Below, one piece after another: positions 9,373-20,551 of a DNA stretch of 64,000 nucleotides (its first letter is position 1; each line of letters starts with the position of its first letter). The stretch is from Coriobacteriales bacterium (GTDB lineage: Bacteria; Actinomycetota; Coriobacteriia; Coriobacteriales; UBA8131): contig JAISLY010000048.1 of NCBI GenBank assembly GCA_031277035.1, positions 1,629 through 65,628 on the forward strand. The letters run 5' to 3'. The notes below the pieces were generated by a model, which was not told where the DNA came from, ran no database searches, and saw only the letters and a list, made by a program, of their open reading frames with translations. A program made the translations under genes and the position numbers.

Positions 9373-10125
9373 TCAGTCGCGAGCAGTCATCAAGCCGAAT
9401 TTCATCTTGATACGCTCCAGTTTGCCAATCATCGGATGCGCCAGAACAGCCAAAAAGATGACGGTTGCCACCCCGTGCAGGATGTTAAAGGGCAAGCCCG
9501 AGACCACGACCGCCACAAGCGTCGAAACCGAGATGGACTCTGAGAACATCAGCAGGTATAAGACATCCACAATGAGCCCATACAGGACGGTTACCGCAAG
9601 CCCCCCATAGAGGCAGAGGAGAAGGATACGGACAAAGTCAATGCGCCTGGCGTGAGCGAGGGTAGAGAGGGCCAGGTTGATCTCTCCATTGAATGCGGGC
9701 TCCTTTGCCTCTCTCTCGGCCCTCACTCCCAGCTGCAGAGCGCGGCTTTTGCGATAGAAGAGCAGTCCGGCTATCAAACCAATCATGCCGAAGGCCACCA
9801 TCTGAAACGGCGTCCACGGCCCCTGTCCAAAGATGAAGTTTGAGACGAGCGCTGCCAGCGCCCCTACAAAAAAACCGCTTTCGGCACCGAGCGCAACACC
9901 GGCGATGATAATGATGGCCGCCATCGGCTTAAACTGTGGCAGCATGAAAAAGGCGGCTCGTGCGGCCACGGCAAGCGCACACATGACCGCAAGCACCACC
10001 ACCTCGCGAGCACGGGGCCTTCGGCCCTCAAAGCGCACCGCCATGAACACCAGTGCCAAAACGATGACACCAAAGGCCAGAAGATAATAACTGGGAAAGC
10101 TCACGCCGTACGATCCGCCTTTCAA
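9373..10125 (-). CDS. polytopic membrane protein, ECF-transporter S-component-like
   Basis: 250-aa ORF with a TTG start, so the start is uncertain. It has 5-6 hydrophobic helices and a GQGPWTPFQM motif that I associate with ECF S components. Confidence 0.5.
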   Translation of the reverse strand: MKGGSYGVSFPSYYLLAFGVIVLALVFMAVRFEGRRPRAREVVVLAVMCALAVAARAAFFMLPQFKPMAAIIIIAGVALGAESGFFVGALAALVSNFIFGQGPWTPFQMVAFGMIGLIAGLLFYRKSRALQLGVRAEREAKEPAFNGEINLALSTLAHARRIDFVRILLLCLYGGLAVTVLYGLIVDVLYLLMFSESISVSTLVAVVVSGLPFNILHGVATVIFLAVLAHPMIGKLERIKMKFGLMTARD

Positions 10126-10252
10126 TTCGTCCAGTCTTTCCGATCTTTCCTATCTTTCCGGTCCGTCCGACTCGCTGTCAGCCCTGCCACCGTCCCGCCG
10201 GCCGACCCGCCGTCAGTTCTGCCACCCGCGCCACCTCCGCCACCCGCCGCAC

Positions 10253-11512
10253 TTACATCGAACGGGGGTCGTACTTGTCCAGGCCACGGATACTCGGTGG
10301 GATAAACGCGCAGAGCGCCAAAGCCGTCAGGGCCAGCCCGCAGACCAGATACCAGGTCTGCGATTTGACGCCCTCCCCCGCCAGGGTCACGACAATCATA
10401 CCCAGAGGTGTGGCAAAGTTGATGAGCGAGTTAAGCAGCGCCATGACGCGCCCGAGCTTGAGGGGTTCGATTCGCTTTTGCACCGTCGCGTTCAGCGGGC
10501 CCTGCATGAAGGGCCAGACCAGACCAAGGAAGACAGCAGGCGGCAGGAACCACAGGAAGGCCGAGGAGGGCAGCTGACTGATGGCAAAAACGATGAGCCC
10601 CTGCGATATGCACGAGAGCAGCACCAGGCGGATGAGATGGCGTCCACCGCCCCAGATGCCAAGGATGATTGAACCGATGAGAAAGCCTGAACCAAAGAAT
10701 ATCTCCGAGAGGGAAACCTCAAAGCCACCACCCCCAAAGTGCTCATGCACCAGCAGGGGCCAGAGCGCGTTAACAGGCTGAAAGATGAGGATGCCAAACA
10801 TGACGAACAGGAAGAGCAGTCCCAGGCCTCGAACCGCCCTGACCGACCGCGCACCCTCAAGGAACTCGGAGATGACGCCGGTGCGCTGCTCAATACTCAG
10901 ATGGATGCCGGGCAGGCGAGCAAACATCAGGATAACAGCGGCCAGCGCGGCTCCCGTCGCATGAAAGATGAGCGTGGCCTGCAGACCAAAGATAGTGTAG
11001 AGCAAAACGCCGAGAGGCGGTGAGATAATCGCGCCGCCGCCGATGATGGTCTGCGAAAGGCCATTGACCCGCCCCAGGTGCTCTTCGGGCACAATCAGGG
11101 GCACCATGGCCTGAAAAGAGGGCCCCTGGAAGGCCTGACCGATACCCCGGATGACGAGCAGCGTGAAGACGAAGGGCACCGATGCCTGCCCAAAGATGAC
11201 AACCAGGGTAGAGATGAGAGAGGCGGCCGAAAGGAAGACCTCGGAGGCGACGAGGAGTATCTTACGGTCGTAGCGGTCTATCAGAGGGCCGATGAAGGGC
11301 CCGAGCAGGGCTCCGGGAATAGAATACATCCCCATACCGAGCGCGAGAATCACCGTATTCGAGGTGGTAATCGTCAAATGCCAGATCAGCGAATAGCCCG
11401 CCGCCATCGAGGCCAGCAGGGAGATGGCAACACTGAGGAAGAGGACGAACAGGAGGCTCTTCCATCTATCGGGCACCGGCGTGCCGTGGGCGGTAAGCCG
11501 CGTCGTAACCAA
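10253..11512 (-). CDS. MFS transporter
   Basis: 419-aa ORF with about 12 TM segments and a GPLIDRYDRK loop motif between TM2 and TM3. The start codon is TTG and uncertain. Confidence 0.75.
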   Translation of the reverse strand: MVTTRLTAHGTPVPDRWKSLLFVLFLSVAISLLASMAAGYSLIWHLTITTSNTVILALGMGMYSIPGALLGPFIGPLIDRYDRKILLVASEVFLSAASLISTLVVIFGQASVPFVFTLLVIRGIGQAFQGPSFQAMVPLIVPEEHLGRVNGLSQTIIGGGAIISPPLGVLLYTIFGLQATLIFHATGAALAAVILMFARLPGIHLSIEQRTGVISEFLEGARSVRAVRGLGLLFLFVMFGILIFQPVNALWPLLVHEHFGGGGFEVSLSEIFFGSGFLIGSIILGIWGGGRHLIRLVLLSCISQGLIVFAISQLPSSAFLWFLPPAVFLGLVWPFMQGPLNATVQKRIEPLKLGRVMALLNSLINFATPLGMIVVTLAGEGVKSQTWYLVCGLALTALALCAFIPPSIRGLDKYDPRSM

Positions 11513-11538
11513 GGCAGGTTCCTTACAGACAGCAGCGC

Positions 11539-13458
11539 TCAGATGCGAGCATCTGCGATGGTCTGGGCAAAGTCAGTCAGCGGCATGCTGCCCAGATCGC
11601 CCTTTTGACGCTCGCGCACGCTGACGCCGCCGCCCTGCTCCTCGCGATCCCCGACGACGAGCATGAAGGGTATCTTCTGCTTCTGCGCCCGGGCTATCTT
11701 GGCGCGCATCGGCTCGTTTGTGTCATAGACCTCCACACGACCGCCGACGCGCGTAAGAGCGTCGCGCACCTCAAAGGCATACCCATTGTGCCGATCGGCT
11801 ATGGGGATGACGGCCGCCTGCACGGGTGCAAGCCAAAGCGGCAGGGCACCGGCGTAGTGCTCGAGAAGTATCCCCAAAAAACGCTCGATTGAACCAAAGA
11901 TGGCGCGATGCACCATCCAGGGTTGCTCTGAGCTGTTCTCCGCCGTGCGGTAGCTGAGGTTAAAGCGCTCCGGGAAGTTGAAGTCGACCTGAATGGTTGA
12001 GCACTGCCAGGTGCGTCCGATGGCATCTTTGACCTTGATGTCTATCTTGGGGCCATAAAAGGCGCCGTCCCCCTCATTGATGTCGTAGGGCAGGTCATGG
12101 ACCTCGCAGGCCGCCTGGAGCGTCTGGGTGGCAATCTCCCATTTCTCATCGTCGCCGATGGATTTCTCCGGTCGTGTTGAGATCTCCGCAGTATAGGTGA
12201 AGCCAAAGGTACCCATGATATGGTCGACCAGGTCGAGGATTGCCACAATCTCGCCCTGCAGCTGATCGGTGGTGCAGAAGATATGCGCGTCGTCTTGCGT
12301 AAAGCCTCGCGCGCGCAAAAGGCCGTGTACCACGCCGCTCATCTCGTGGCGATATACCGTCCCAAACTCAAAGAAGCGCAGCGGCAAATCGCGGTAGGAA
12401 CGCAGCTCATTGCCGTACAGCATCACATGCCCCGGGCAGTTCATCGGCTTGACCCCGTACTCGGAAAGTCGGCTCATATCCTTCTCATCGGACTCGTCGA
12501 CCTGGAAAAAGTACATATTATCCCGGTAGAAATAATAATGCCCGGACTGCTTCCAGACGTCCGCGTTATAGATATGCGGGGTGATGACCTCCTCGTATCC
12601 GCGTGCGTACAGGTCGCGGCGCAGCCATTCCTGCAGGATACGGATGACGCGCGCACCATTGGGTAGATACAGGGGCAGGCCAACGCCGGCCTTCTCATCC
12701 ATCATATAGATGCCAAGCTCGCGCCCAAGACGGCGATGGTCGCGCTTTTCTGCCTCCTCAATGCGCGTCAGATAGGCCTCAAGGTCCTTTTTGGAGAACC
12801 AGGCGGTACCGTAGATGCGTTGCAGCATCTGTCGCTCGCTGTCGCCGCGCCAGTACGCCCCCGCGACCTTTGTGAGCTTAAAGGCCGCGACGAGAGCCGT
12901 GCTGGGAATGTGCGGCCCGCGACACAGGTCGAGGAAGTCGCCCTGCTGGTAGACGGAGATGACCGCGTCTGAGGGCAATTCGTTGATAAGTTCGAGCTTG
13001 AGCGGCTGGGCGGAGAAGATTTCGCGGGCCTCATTGCGCGAGATTTCGCGACGGGTAAAGGGGCGACCCTCGGCGATGATGCGAGCCATGCGCTCCTCGA
13101 TGGCGCTCAGGTCGTCGGGCGTAACGGGGCGGCCTATCTCGACATCGTAATAAAAGCCATCCTCGATGGCCGGCCCGATGCCAAACTGCGCACCCGCAAA
13201 AAGCTCCTGGATTGCCTCGGCCATGATATGCGCGGTCGAATGGCGCAGGATGTCGAGGGCCTCGGGAGACTTTGCGGTGATAATCTCGACCGTGGCGCCT
13301 TCATACACCGGCGCGCAGAGGTCGACGGGCTCACCGTCCAGCTTGCCGGCAAGGGCAGCCCGTGCCAGGCCGGCGCCAATGGATGCGGCAACATCTGCCA
13401 CGGTAACGTGCGTATCGCGAAGCTCCCTTATGGAGCCATCGGGGAGTCTGATATTCAT
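11539..13458 (-). CDS. thrS: threonine--tRNA ligase
   Basis: 639 aa, from ATG 13458. It has a TGS-like N-terminus, the HSTAHIMA editing motif, class II core motifs and an anticodon-binding C-terminus. Confidence 0.95.
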   Translation of the reverse strand: MNIRLPDGSIRELRDTHVTVADVAASIGAGLARAALAGKLDGEPVDLCAPVYEGATVEIITAKSPEALDILRHSTAHIMAEAIQELFAGAQFGIGPAIEDGFYYDVEIGRPVTPDDLSAIEERMARIIAEGRPFTRREISRNEAREIFSAQPLKLELINELPSDAVISVYQQGDFLDLCRGPHIPSTALVAAFKLTKVAGAYWRGDSERQMLQRIYGTAWFSKKDLEAYLTRIEEAEKRDHRRLGRELGIYMMDEKAGVGLPLYLPNGARVIRILQEWLRRDLYARGYEEVITPHIYNADVWKQSGHYYFYRDNMYFFQVDESDEKDMSRLSEYGVKPMNCPGHVMLYGNELRSYRDLPLRFFEFGTVYRHEMSGVVHGLLRARGFTQDDAHIFCTTDQLQGEIVAILDLVDHIMGTFGFTYTAEISTRPEKSIGDDEKWEIATQTLQAACEVHDLPYDINEGDGAFYGPKIDIKVKDAIGRTWQCSTIQVDFNFPERFNLSYRTAENSSEQPWMVHRAIFGSIERFLGILLEHYAGALPLWLAPVQAAVIPIADRHNGYAFEVRDALTRVGGRVEVYDTNEPMRAKIARAQKQKIPFMLVVGDREEQGGGVSVRERQKGDLGSMPLTDFAQTIADARI

Positions 13459-13471
13459 GGCAGCCGCGTGA

Positions 13472-13909
13472 TCATCGCTTCACCGGAGTACAGCAAAAGG
13501 GGCAGACCGTCCAGTCTGGATTGAGGGCGTGCCCGCAAACTGAGCACTCGTTTTTTAACTGGGTGCCACAGCGGGGACACATCAGGTATTCGCGTTCAAC
13601 CGGATAGCCGCATTTCCCGCATTCTCCATACTTCATCAATTCGCGCTGCTTGAGGGTAAAGTCGAGATCCTGCTCGTCTCGGTCGGACAGCAGCATCGGT
13701 GGTCGCAGCATCGAATAGGCAAAGGCGCCCAGGAAGGGCACGAGTGAGATGACCCCCCAGATGACCGGGTTCGAACCGCGCAGGTAGGAATCCCGGATGA
13801 CCCATATGATGGAGATCAGGTACAGGATGCCGATAAAGATAACGACGGCAACACCGAACATCCGCATCTCGGGTGTGATAATCGAATCGAATATTGAGCT
13901 GAAATCCAT
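13472..13909 (-). CDS. small membrane protein with PLDc_N-like two-TM region and C-terminal double zinc ribbon
   Basis: ATG 13909 follows AAAAGGA. There are two TM helices (IIWVIRDSYLRG...LVPFLGAFAY). Zn-ribbon Cys pairs follow: CGKCG...CPRCG...CSVCG...CPFC. The stop lies 13 nt before the thrS start. Confidence 0.6.
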   Translation of the reverse strand: MDFSSIFDSIITPEMRMFGVAVVIFIGILYLISIIWVIRDSYLRGSNPVIWGVISLVPFLGAFAYSMLRPPMLLSDRDEQDLDFTLKQRELMKYGECGKCGYPVEREYLMCPRCGTQLKNECSVCGHALNPDWTVCPFCCTPVKR

Positions 13910-14180
13910 AAAAGATCCTTTTCCCGGTTCAGTCCTCGGTGCGCACATCTCCTCGACGATGCGCCAGTAAAGTGTCGACGATGCCAAAGAGGCAGAGGGC
14001 ACCGCGCGCCGCAATCAGGTATACACCTGAACCTCCGTATTCTATCAGAATCCGCGCCAGCTTGGCACCCGCCGTTTTTGGGAGGTCGTGGACAGGGCGG
14101 CGGACGAAGGGCAACGTGCCGTCCGCCCTTTTGAAAGCGTGCAGAGAAGGCGGCGGACGAAAGACAGGGGGTCGAGGCGT

Positions 14181-15566
14181 TTAGGGCTGCTGACGCATCC
14201 AGGCAAGTGCTTCGCCCGCGACGGTTATGGAACCGGTGACGACAAGGGGCGCCTGCGCAGCGGTAAGCGCATCAAGGGCTGTTGAGACAGAGGGGTAGCT
14301 CAGGGGCACAAAGCCGGTGAGCGCGGCGAAGAGCGCGGCGAGTTCATCTGAGGGAATCGCGCGCGCCGAGGAGCTCTGGGTGAGCACGATCTCAGCGAAA
14401 AGAGGCGCGAGGGCGCCGATGATGCCGGCGGCATCCTTATCGGCAAGGACGCCAAGCAGCAGCGTGAGAGGCGCTGCGTCTGGCCTGGGGGCTTTGAGCA
14501 GGCCCTGTTCATCGAGGCCAAAGCGCTCGGTGAGGGCCTGGGCAAGCGCGGCTGCCGAGGCCGGGTTATGGGCGGCGTCTATGAGAAACAGCGGATTGTC
14601 GCGCAGAATCTCAAAGCGTCCGGGGATGCGCAGGGTATCGAGCGCGGCCTGGGCCTTTGCGCCATCGAGGGCCTGGGCGCGGGCGGCCTCGGCAGCCGCG
14701 ATTGCCGTCGCAAGGTTGTCGCGCTGGTAGGCAGGGCCTGGGAAGTGAAGGGTGTCGGCGGCGCGGGCGGCAGGGGCGGCAGCCCCGGCGGGGACGGGGG
14801 CAGCATATGCGGCGGGGGCGGCAGCCCCGACGGGGACGGGGGCAGCTCCAATGGCCGCCTCAGCCCCGACGCGGGCGGCAGCTTCAGCGCCCTGGACGAT
14901 AATCGCCTCCACGCCCACCTCGGCGCAGCGGGCAAGAAATATCTCGCGGGTCGCAGCGGTGCCGGGGCCGAGCACCGCAAGGGAGCCGGGCTTGATAATC
15001 GCGGCCTTCTCCGCGGCAATCTGCTCAGGCGTGGTGCCGAGAAGAGCCGTGTGGTCAAGCCCGATGCCGGTTATCACGGCAACGACGGGGCTGATGACAC
15101 TCGTGGCGTCCCAGCGACCGCCAAGCCCGCATTCAAGCACCGCGCAGTCTACCCGCCTGCGCGAAAAGATCAGGAAGGCGGCTGCGGTGAGCAGTTCAAA
15201 CTCGGTGACCGTCTCAATAGTTCCCGCCGCAATCAGACGCGTCGCGGCCCCATGGGCAGCAAGCAGGGCACAGGCAAAGTCCTCGCGGGAGACAACAAGA
15301 CCGTCCAGCTCCACACGTTCCTCGTAAAAGACCAGCTCAGGGGAGGTATAGAGCCCAACTCTCAAGCCCTGAGAACGCAGCAGGGCCGCGATGAGACGTG
15401 CGGTTGATGATTTACCGTTCGTGCCCGCTACCTGGATGCAGGGGTAGTCCAGATGCGGGTCATCAAGCTCGCACAGGATGCGGGTAATCGGCACGAGCGA
15501 CGGGTCGATGCCAAAACGCAGCGCATCGTGCAAAAGGGCCAGGGCTCTTTTGTAGGTATCAGACAT
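14181..15566 (-). CDS. folC: bifunctional folylpolyglutamate synthase / dihydrofolate synthase
   Basis: 461 aa with a Mur-ligase P-loop VAGTNGKSST. Its start overlaps the valS stop by 1 nt (TGATG). It contains an Ala/Pro-rich insertion. Confidence 0.9.
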   Translation of the reverse strand: MSDTYKRALALLHDALRFGIDPSLVPITRILCELDDPHLDYPCIQVAGTNGKSSTARLIAALLRSQGLRVGLYTSPELVFYEERVELDGLVVSREDFACALLAAHGAATRLIAAGTIETVTEFELLTAAAFLIFSRRRVDCAVLECGLGGRWDATSVISPVVAVITGIGLDHTALLGTTPEQIAAEKAAIIKPGSLAVLGPGTAATREIFLARCAEVGVEAIIVQGAEAAARVGAEAAIGAAPVPVGAAAPAAYAAPVPAGAAAPAARAADTLHFPGPAYQRDNLATAIAAAEAARAQALDGAKAQAALDTLRIPGRFEILRDNPLFLIDAAHNPASAAALAQALTERFGLDEQGLLKAPRPDAAPLTLLLGVLADKDAAGIIGALAPLFAEIVLTQSSSARAIPSDELAALFAALTGFVPLSYPSVSTALDALTAAQAPLVVTGSITVAGEALAWMRQQP

Positions 15567-18442
15567 CAGGCAAACGAGGCCAGCTGTTCATCAATCTGGG
15601 CAAGCTCAGCCTCAAGCTCGGCGGCATCGGCGCGGGTCTTCTCCACAACCTCTGGCGCGGCCTTCGCGAGAAAGCCCTCGTTCGCCAACTTCTTTGAGAG
15701 GCGTTCCCAGTCGCCTGCCGCCTTCTCCCGTTTGCGGGTAAGGCGTGCTCGCTCGACCGCAAAGTCGATGAGTCCTTCCAGGACGACATAGACCTCCAGG
15801 CCCTGGATGATGTTCACCGAGGACTGCGGCGGCTTGCTCGCGTCGGGCGCGACCGCAAAGTGGGCGATTTTTGCCATGCGCCGAAGCTGCGCGGCCTGGG
15901 CCTTGAGTGCTCGGGTGTCATCGGCTGCCCGCTGGCCACCGGTTCGAACCACGACGTCCAGCTCCTGCCGTGGCGAGATACCGTAGCTGGCGCGCACGGC
16001 GCGCACGGTGGTGACCACGGCGCACAGCAGCTCGATGGAGCGCTCCGCTTCCTCGTCGATATACGCGCTCAAGACGTCGGGGTCGGGCCAGGCGGCCACC
16101 ATGAGCGAGGGCCGCTCGTCACCATGCGGCAGGGTACGCCAGATGCGGTCGGTGACAAAGGGCATCATCGGATGCAAGAGTCGCAAGGCGGTGTCAAGGA
16201 CGAAGACGAGGTTGCGTCGTACCGCAGCGCGTGGCTCATCTCCCTGCGTGAGCTGGCCTTTTGCAAGCTCGATATACCAGTCGCAGAACTCGTTCCAGAA
16301 AAAGGCATACAGCGCGCGTGCCGATGAGCCGAAGTCAAAGTCCGCATGCTCATTGTTCAGGACATGCGTAAGGCGGGCCAGACGCGAAAGAATCCAGCGG
16401 TCAGCGGCGCTGTAGGCCTGCGGAGTGACCCTCTGGGAAACGGCCCCCGCGTCGGCGCGGGGCACGGCGTCAGCGGCGACCCCCGCGTCGGTGGCGCCCG
16501 CGTCGGTGGCGCCCTCTGCGGTTACCGCGGCGACCCCCTCTGCGGCCCCCGCGGCGACCCCCTCTGCGACCTCCTCGGTGGCCCCCTCGGCGGCCCCCTC
16601 AAGGTTCATCAACACAAAACGCGCGGCGTTCCATATCTTCGTTGCGAAGTTGCGATAGACGCCAAGTTTCTCCTTGTCGAATTTCAGGTCCTGAGCACCC
16701 GTCACCTGGATAGCCAGGCCAAAGCGCATGGCGTCAGCGCCATATTCGGCAATCAGCTCCATCGGGTCGATTCCGTTGCCACGCGATTTGCTCATGATAT
16801 TGCCGTATTTATCGAGCACCGTGGGGTGAATGATGACATCGGTGAAGGGTACGGTACCAGAAAGGCAATACATCGAGCTCATGACCATGCGGGCGACCCA
16901 GAGAAAAATGATGTCGCGCGCGGTGGAAAGCACCTGCGTGGGATAATATGCCGCCAGCTCGGGCCAGGCCGCCAGGGTCTCAGACGAAGCACCAGAGGCA
17001 ACATCGCCAGGCCAACCCTGCGTGACAAAGGGCCAGAGTTGTGAGGAAAACCAGGTGTCGAGCACATCCTCATCCTGCCGCAGCGCGGCGCCACAAATTG
17101 GACAGACGGTGGCATCTTCCTCCAGAGCGTCGATCCAGCCACAGCTATCACAGTAAAAGACCGGTATGCGATGCCCCCACCAAAGCTGCCGCGAGATGCA
17201 CCAGTCGCGGATGTTTTCCATCCAGTGAAAATAGATGTTCTCCCAACGCTGCGGATGAAAGGCGACGCGCCCGTCGCGCACCGCCTCGATGGCCGGCGCC
17301 GCAAGCCCTTTCATCGCAACGAACCACTGCTCAGAAGCCCAGGGTTCGATGGTCGTAGCGCATCGGTAACAGTGGCCGACGGCGTGGTCGTGCTCTTCGA
17401 CGCGCTCGAGTAGACCGAGCTCATCAAGGGCCGCTACCACCGCCTCGCGGGCCTGCTCGCGCGAAAGCCCGGCAAAACGTCCGCCGTTGGTGTTGATATA
17501 TGCCTGCTCGGTGAGGATATTGATCTGCTCCAGATTATGCCGCATGCCCATCTCAAAGTCGTTGGGGTCATGGGCCGGCGTGACCTTTACCACACCGGTG
17601 CCAAAATTTCTGTCCACATAATCGTCTGCAAAAACAGGGATGACGCGATCCATCAGAGGAAGACGAACCTGGGCGCCTGCCTCTACAAGGGCCCGGTAGC
17701 GCGCGTCGTCGGGGTTGACGGCCACGCCCGTATCGCCAAGCATCGTCTCGGGGCGGGTTGTCGCGACGACGAGATACTCAAAGCCGCCCACCGGCTCGAC
17801 CAGCGGGTAGCGCAGGTGCCAGAGATGCCCGGTCTCCTCCACATGCTCAACCTCATCGTCTGCCAAAGCCGTCGTACAGCGTGGACACCAGTTTATGATG
17901 CGCAGACCGCGATAGATGAGGCCCTCGCGATACCAATCGACAAAGACGCGCCGGATGGCCTTCGCGTAGTCCAGATCCATCGTAAAGTGCTCCTGGGCGT
18001 AATCGCAGGAGCAGCCCATGCCCTTGAGCTGCTCGATAATCGTTGAGCCATAGGTTTTCCGCCAGTCCCAACAGGCCGCGACAAAGGCCTCGCGCCCCAG
18101 ATCAAAGCGCGTCAGGCCCTCGGAGGCAAGTTTTTGCTCGACCTTGTTCTGAGTCGCAATGCCGGCGTGATCGGTGCCGACAATCCAGCGGGTGGGCCGG
18201 CCCTGCATGCGGGCGCGGCGGGTCAGGATGTCCTGCAGGGTGTTGTTGAGTGCATGGCCCATGTGGAGCACCCCGGTGACATTCGGGGGCGGGATGACGA
18301 TGGTATGGGGAGCCTTCGCAAAATCGGCAAAGCCGGCGGCCTCACGCGAGAAGTAGCCGGCCTCAAGCCAAAACGCAAACAGGGGCGCCTCGATGTCGGA
18401 GGGCTCGTAGGTCGTGGGCAGAACATCCGGTGCCTCAGGCAC
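15566..18442 (-). CDS. valS: valine--tRNA ligase
   Basis: ORF 15566-18643. I prefer the GTG at 18442 ([18 protein letters not shown]...) because everything upstream overlaps clpX. Class I motifs are present ([19 protein letters not shown] as IMSKSRGN), with a coiled-coil C-terminus. Confidence 0.9.
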   Translation of the reverse strand: MPEAPDVLPTTYEPSDIEAPLFAFWLEAGYFSREAAGFADFAKAPHTIVIPPPNVTGVLHMGHALNNTLQDILTRRARMQGRPTRWIVGTDHAGIATQNKVEQKLASEGLTRFDLGREAFVAACWDWRKTYGSTIIEQLKGMGCSCDYAQEHFTMDLDYAKAIRRVFVDWYREGLIYRGLRIINWCPRCTTALADDEVEHVEETGHLWHLRYPLVEPVGGFEYLVVATTRPETMLGDTGVAVNPDDARYRALVEAGAQVRLPLMDRVIPVFADDYVDRNFGTGVVKVTPAHDPNDFEMGMRHNLEQINILTEQAYINTNGGRFAGLSREQAREAVVAALDELGLLERVEEHDHAVGHCYRCATTIEPWASEQWFVAMKGLAAPAIEAVRDGRVAFHPQRWENIYFHWMENIRDWCISRQLWWGHRIPVFYCDSCGWIDALEEDATVCPICGAALRQDEDVLDTWFSSQLWPFVTQGWPGDVASGASSETLAAWPELAAYYPTQVLSTARDIIFLWVARMVMSSMYCLSGTVPFTDVIIHPTVLDKYGNIMSKSRGNGIDPMELIAEYGADAMRFGLAIQVTGAQDLKFDKEKLGVYRNFATKIWNAARFVLMNLEGAAEGATEEVAEGVAAGAAEGVAAVTAEGATDAGATDAGVAADAVPRADAGAVSQRVTPQAYSAADRWILSRLARLTHVLNNEHADFDFGSSARALYAFFWNEFCDWYIELAKGQLTQGDEPRAAVRRNLVFVLDTALRLLHPMMPFVTDRIWRTLPHGDERPSLMVAAWPDPDVLSAYIDEEAERSIELLCAVVTTVRAVRASYGISPRQELDVVVRTGGQRAADDTRALKAQAAQLRRMAKIAHFAVAPDASKPPQSSVNIIQGLEVYVVLEGLIDFAVERARLTRKREKAAGDWERLSKKLANEGFLAKAAPEVVEKTRADAAELEAELAQIDEQLASFA

Positions 18443-19820
18443 TGGCCTGCACCTTCTTACGCCGAGAGCCGGAGCGGTAGACGGCGGTTGGAGGCTGTTC
18501 GCCCCGCACCGCCTCGGCGGTGACCACAATCTCGGAGATTGTGTCGTTGCCGGGAAGCTCATACATCGTCTCCAGGAGCGTCCGCTCGCAGATGGAGCGC
18601 AGGCCCCGGGCACCCGTACCGTGCTCGACGGCCTCGGCGGCAATCGCCTTTAAAGCCCCATCGGTAAAGGTCAGCTTCGTGTCCTCAAAGGCAAACATTC
18701 GCGCATACTGCTTGACCAGCGCGTTCTTCGGCTCGGTGAGAACCCGAATCAGGTCTTTTTCTGAGAGCTCGTCCACGCTGCAGATGACCGGGATGCGGCC
18801 GACGAACTCAGGGATCATGCCGTAGCGGTTCAAATCCTCCGGCAGCGCCTTTGCAAGGAGCTCGGAGGACTGGCGGCTGTGCGGCTTTTTAATCTCGGCC
18901 GAAAAGCCGACCCCCTTCTTTCCGATACGCTCCGAGATGATCTTGTCCAGCTCAACAAAGGCACCGCCGAGGATGAACAGGATGTTGGTCGTGTCGATGT
19001 GCAGCAGTTCCTGCTGGGGGTGTTTGCGCCCTCCCTGTGGCGGAACCGCTGCCTCGGTGCCCTCGATGATCTTCAGCAGCGCCTGCTGCACGCCTTCGCC
19101 GGAGACGTCGCGTGTGATGGAGAGGTTTTCTGCCTTGCGGGCCACCTTGTCTATCTCGTCGATATAGACGATGCCAATCTGCGCGGCCTCGATGTCCATA
19201 TCGGCAGCCGTGATGAGCTTGAGAAGGATGTTCTCCACATCCTCGCCCACATAGCCGGCCTCGGTAAGCGCCGTCGCATCGGCGATGGCAAAGGGAACCT
19301 GCAGGATGCGGGCAAGGGTCTGCGCAAGCAGGGTCTTGCCGCAACCGGTCGGGCCGAGCAACAGGATGTTGCTCTTGGCAAGCTCAACCTCGTCATCTTC
19401 GGACGCATCGCCGAGGGCCACGCGTTTGTAGTGGTTGTAAACCGCGACGGAAAGGGCCTTTTTGGCGCGCTCCTGGCCGATAACGTAGTTTGAGAGCTCC
19501 TCGTAGATTACCGAGGGGATGGGCAGATCCTCAAGCGGTGGGCCGAGTCTGGTCTCGGAGCGTTCGGCTTCTTCGGTGAGAAGGTCGTGCGCGACGATGG
19601 CCTCGCACAGCTGCACGCACTCATCACAGATAAAGACATTGGGGCCTGCGATAATCTTTCGCACCATGTCCTGCGACTTGCCGCAAAAGCTGCAGCGCAC
19701 CTCATCAAAGCCGTCAAAGCCTCCAGAGCCGTCGTCAAAGCCATCAAAGCCGCCTGAGCCTGAGCTACCCGGGCCTGAGCCACCCGGGCCAAAACCAAAA
19801 TTGCCGGTACGATGTGCCAC
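18435..19820 (-). CDS. clpX: ATP-dependent Clp protease ATP-binding subunit ClpX
   Basis: GTG start at 19820. It has a Zn-binding CSFCGK...CDEC and Walker [10 protein letters not shown] Gly-rich N-terminal extension precedes them. Confidence 0.95.
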   Translation of the reverse strand: MAHRTGNFGFGPGGSGPGSSGSGGFDGFDDGSGGFDGFDEVRCSFCGKSQDMVRKIIAGPNVFICDECVQLCEAIVAHDLLTEEAERSETRLGPPLEDLPIPSVIYEELSNYVIGQERAKKALSVAVYNHYKRVALGDASEDDEVELAKSNILLLGPTGCGKTLLAQTLARILQVPFAIADATALTEAGYVGEDVENILLKLITAADMDIEAAQIGIVYIDEIDKVARKAENLSITRDVSGEGVQQALLKIIEGTEAAVPPQGGRKHPQQELLHIDTTNILFILGGAFVELDKIISERIGKKGVGFSAEIKKPHSRQSSELLAKALPEDLNRYGMIPEFVGRIPVICSVDELSEKDLIRVLTEPKNALVKQYARMFAFEDTKLTFTDGALKAIAAEAVEHGTGARGLRSICERTLLETMYELPGNDTISEIVVTAEAVRGEQPPTAVYRSGSRRKKVQASA

Positions 19821-20443
19821 TATTCAGCCTTCTTCTTGATGTCGCGAGCATAGAATATCTCGTCCACGAGACCATAGTCTCTGGCGGCCTCGGCCGTCAT
19901 GAAGTTGTCGCGCTCAGTGTCGTCGTGAATGCGCTCAAGCGGCTGACCGGTGTGATCGGCAAGTATCTGGTTCAGGCGCTCACGGGCAAACAGAATCTCA
20001 CGGGCCGCAATCTCAATTTCGGTCTGCTGCCCCTGCGCGCCACCGGATGGCTGGTGGATCATGACGCGCGAATTAGGCAGGGCGTAGCGCTTGCCCTTGG
20101 CTCCGGCCGCGAGCAGGACGGCACCCATTGAGGCGCACTGGCCAATACAGATGGTGCTGACGTCGCACTTGATGAACTGCATCGTGTCATAGATGGCCAG
20201 CCCCGCCGTAATCACGCCGCCCGGCGAATTGATATACAGGGAGATGTCCTTTTCGGGATCGTCGCTTTCCAGGTGCAGAAGCTGGGCGACAACGGTGTTT
20301 GCCACATGGTCGTCAATGGCATCGCCGAGAAAAACGATGCGGTCGTTGAGCAGGCGAGAGTAGATGTCAAAGCTGCGCTCGCCCCGCGGGGACTGCTCGA
20401 TAACATAGGGTATGAGTTGTGAGTGTGCTGCTTGGTGCGTCAT
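19820..20443 (-). CDS. clpP: ATP-dependent Clp protease proteolytic subunit
   Basis: 207 aa with the catalytic Ser in GQCASMG and His in MIHQP. Confidence 0.95.
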   Translation of the reverse strand: MTHQAAHSQLIPYVIEQSPRGERSFDIYSRLLNDRIVFLGDAIDDHVANTVVAQLLHLESDDPEKDISLYINSPGGVITAGLAIYDTMQFIKCDVSTICIGQCASMGAVLLAAGAKGKRYALPNSRVMIHQPSGGAQGQQTEIEIAAREILFARERLNQILADHTGQPLERIHDDTERDNFMTAEAARDYGLVDEIFYARDIKKKAE

Positions 20444-20551
20444 GGCGACTCCTTCGCTTGCTGCTTGTATGGGGCATGCGTGCTGTCGGTCAGGCGCTTT
20501 GCCCCTTACGGTTCTGTCCCGTACTGTTTCCCGTATCCCGTACTGCCTTCA

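Noticed and set aside
10130-10252. Short tandem motifs (CTTTCCnnT x3 and GCCACC(C/G)... runs) between the ECF-S-like gene and the MFS gene
   Set aside because: These are very short and degenerate, and consistent with simple low-complexity spacer DNA. No hairpin or promoter consensus could be supported.
18443-18643. 67-codon N-terminal extension of the valS ORF
   Set aside because: It overlaps the clpX C-terminus in another frame and shows no ValRS similarity. A GTG at 18442 gives a canonical N-terminus.
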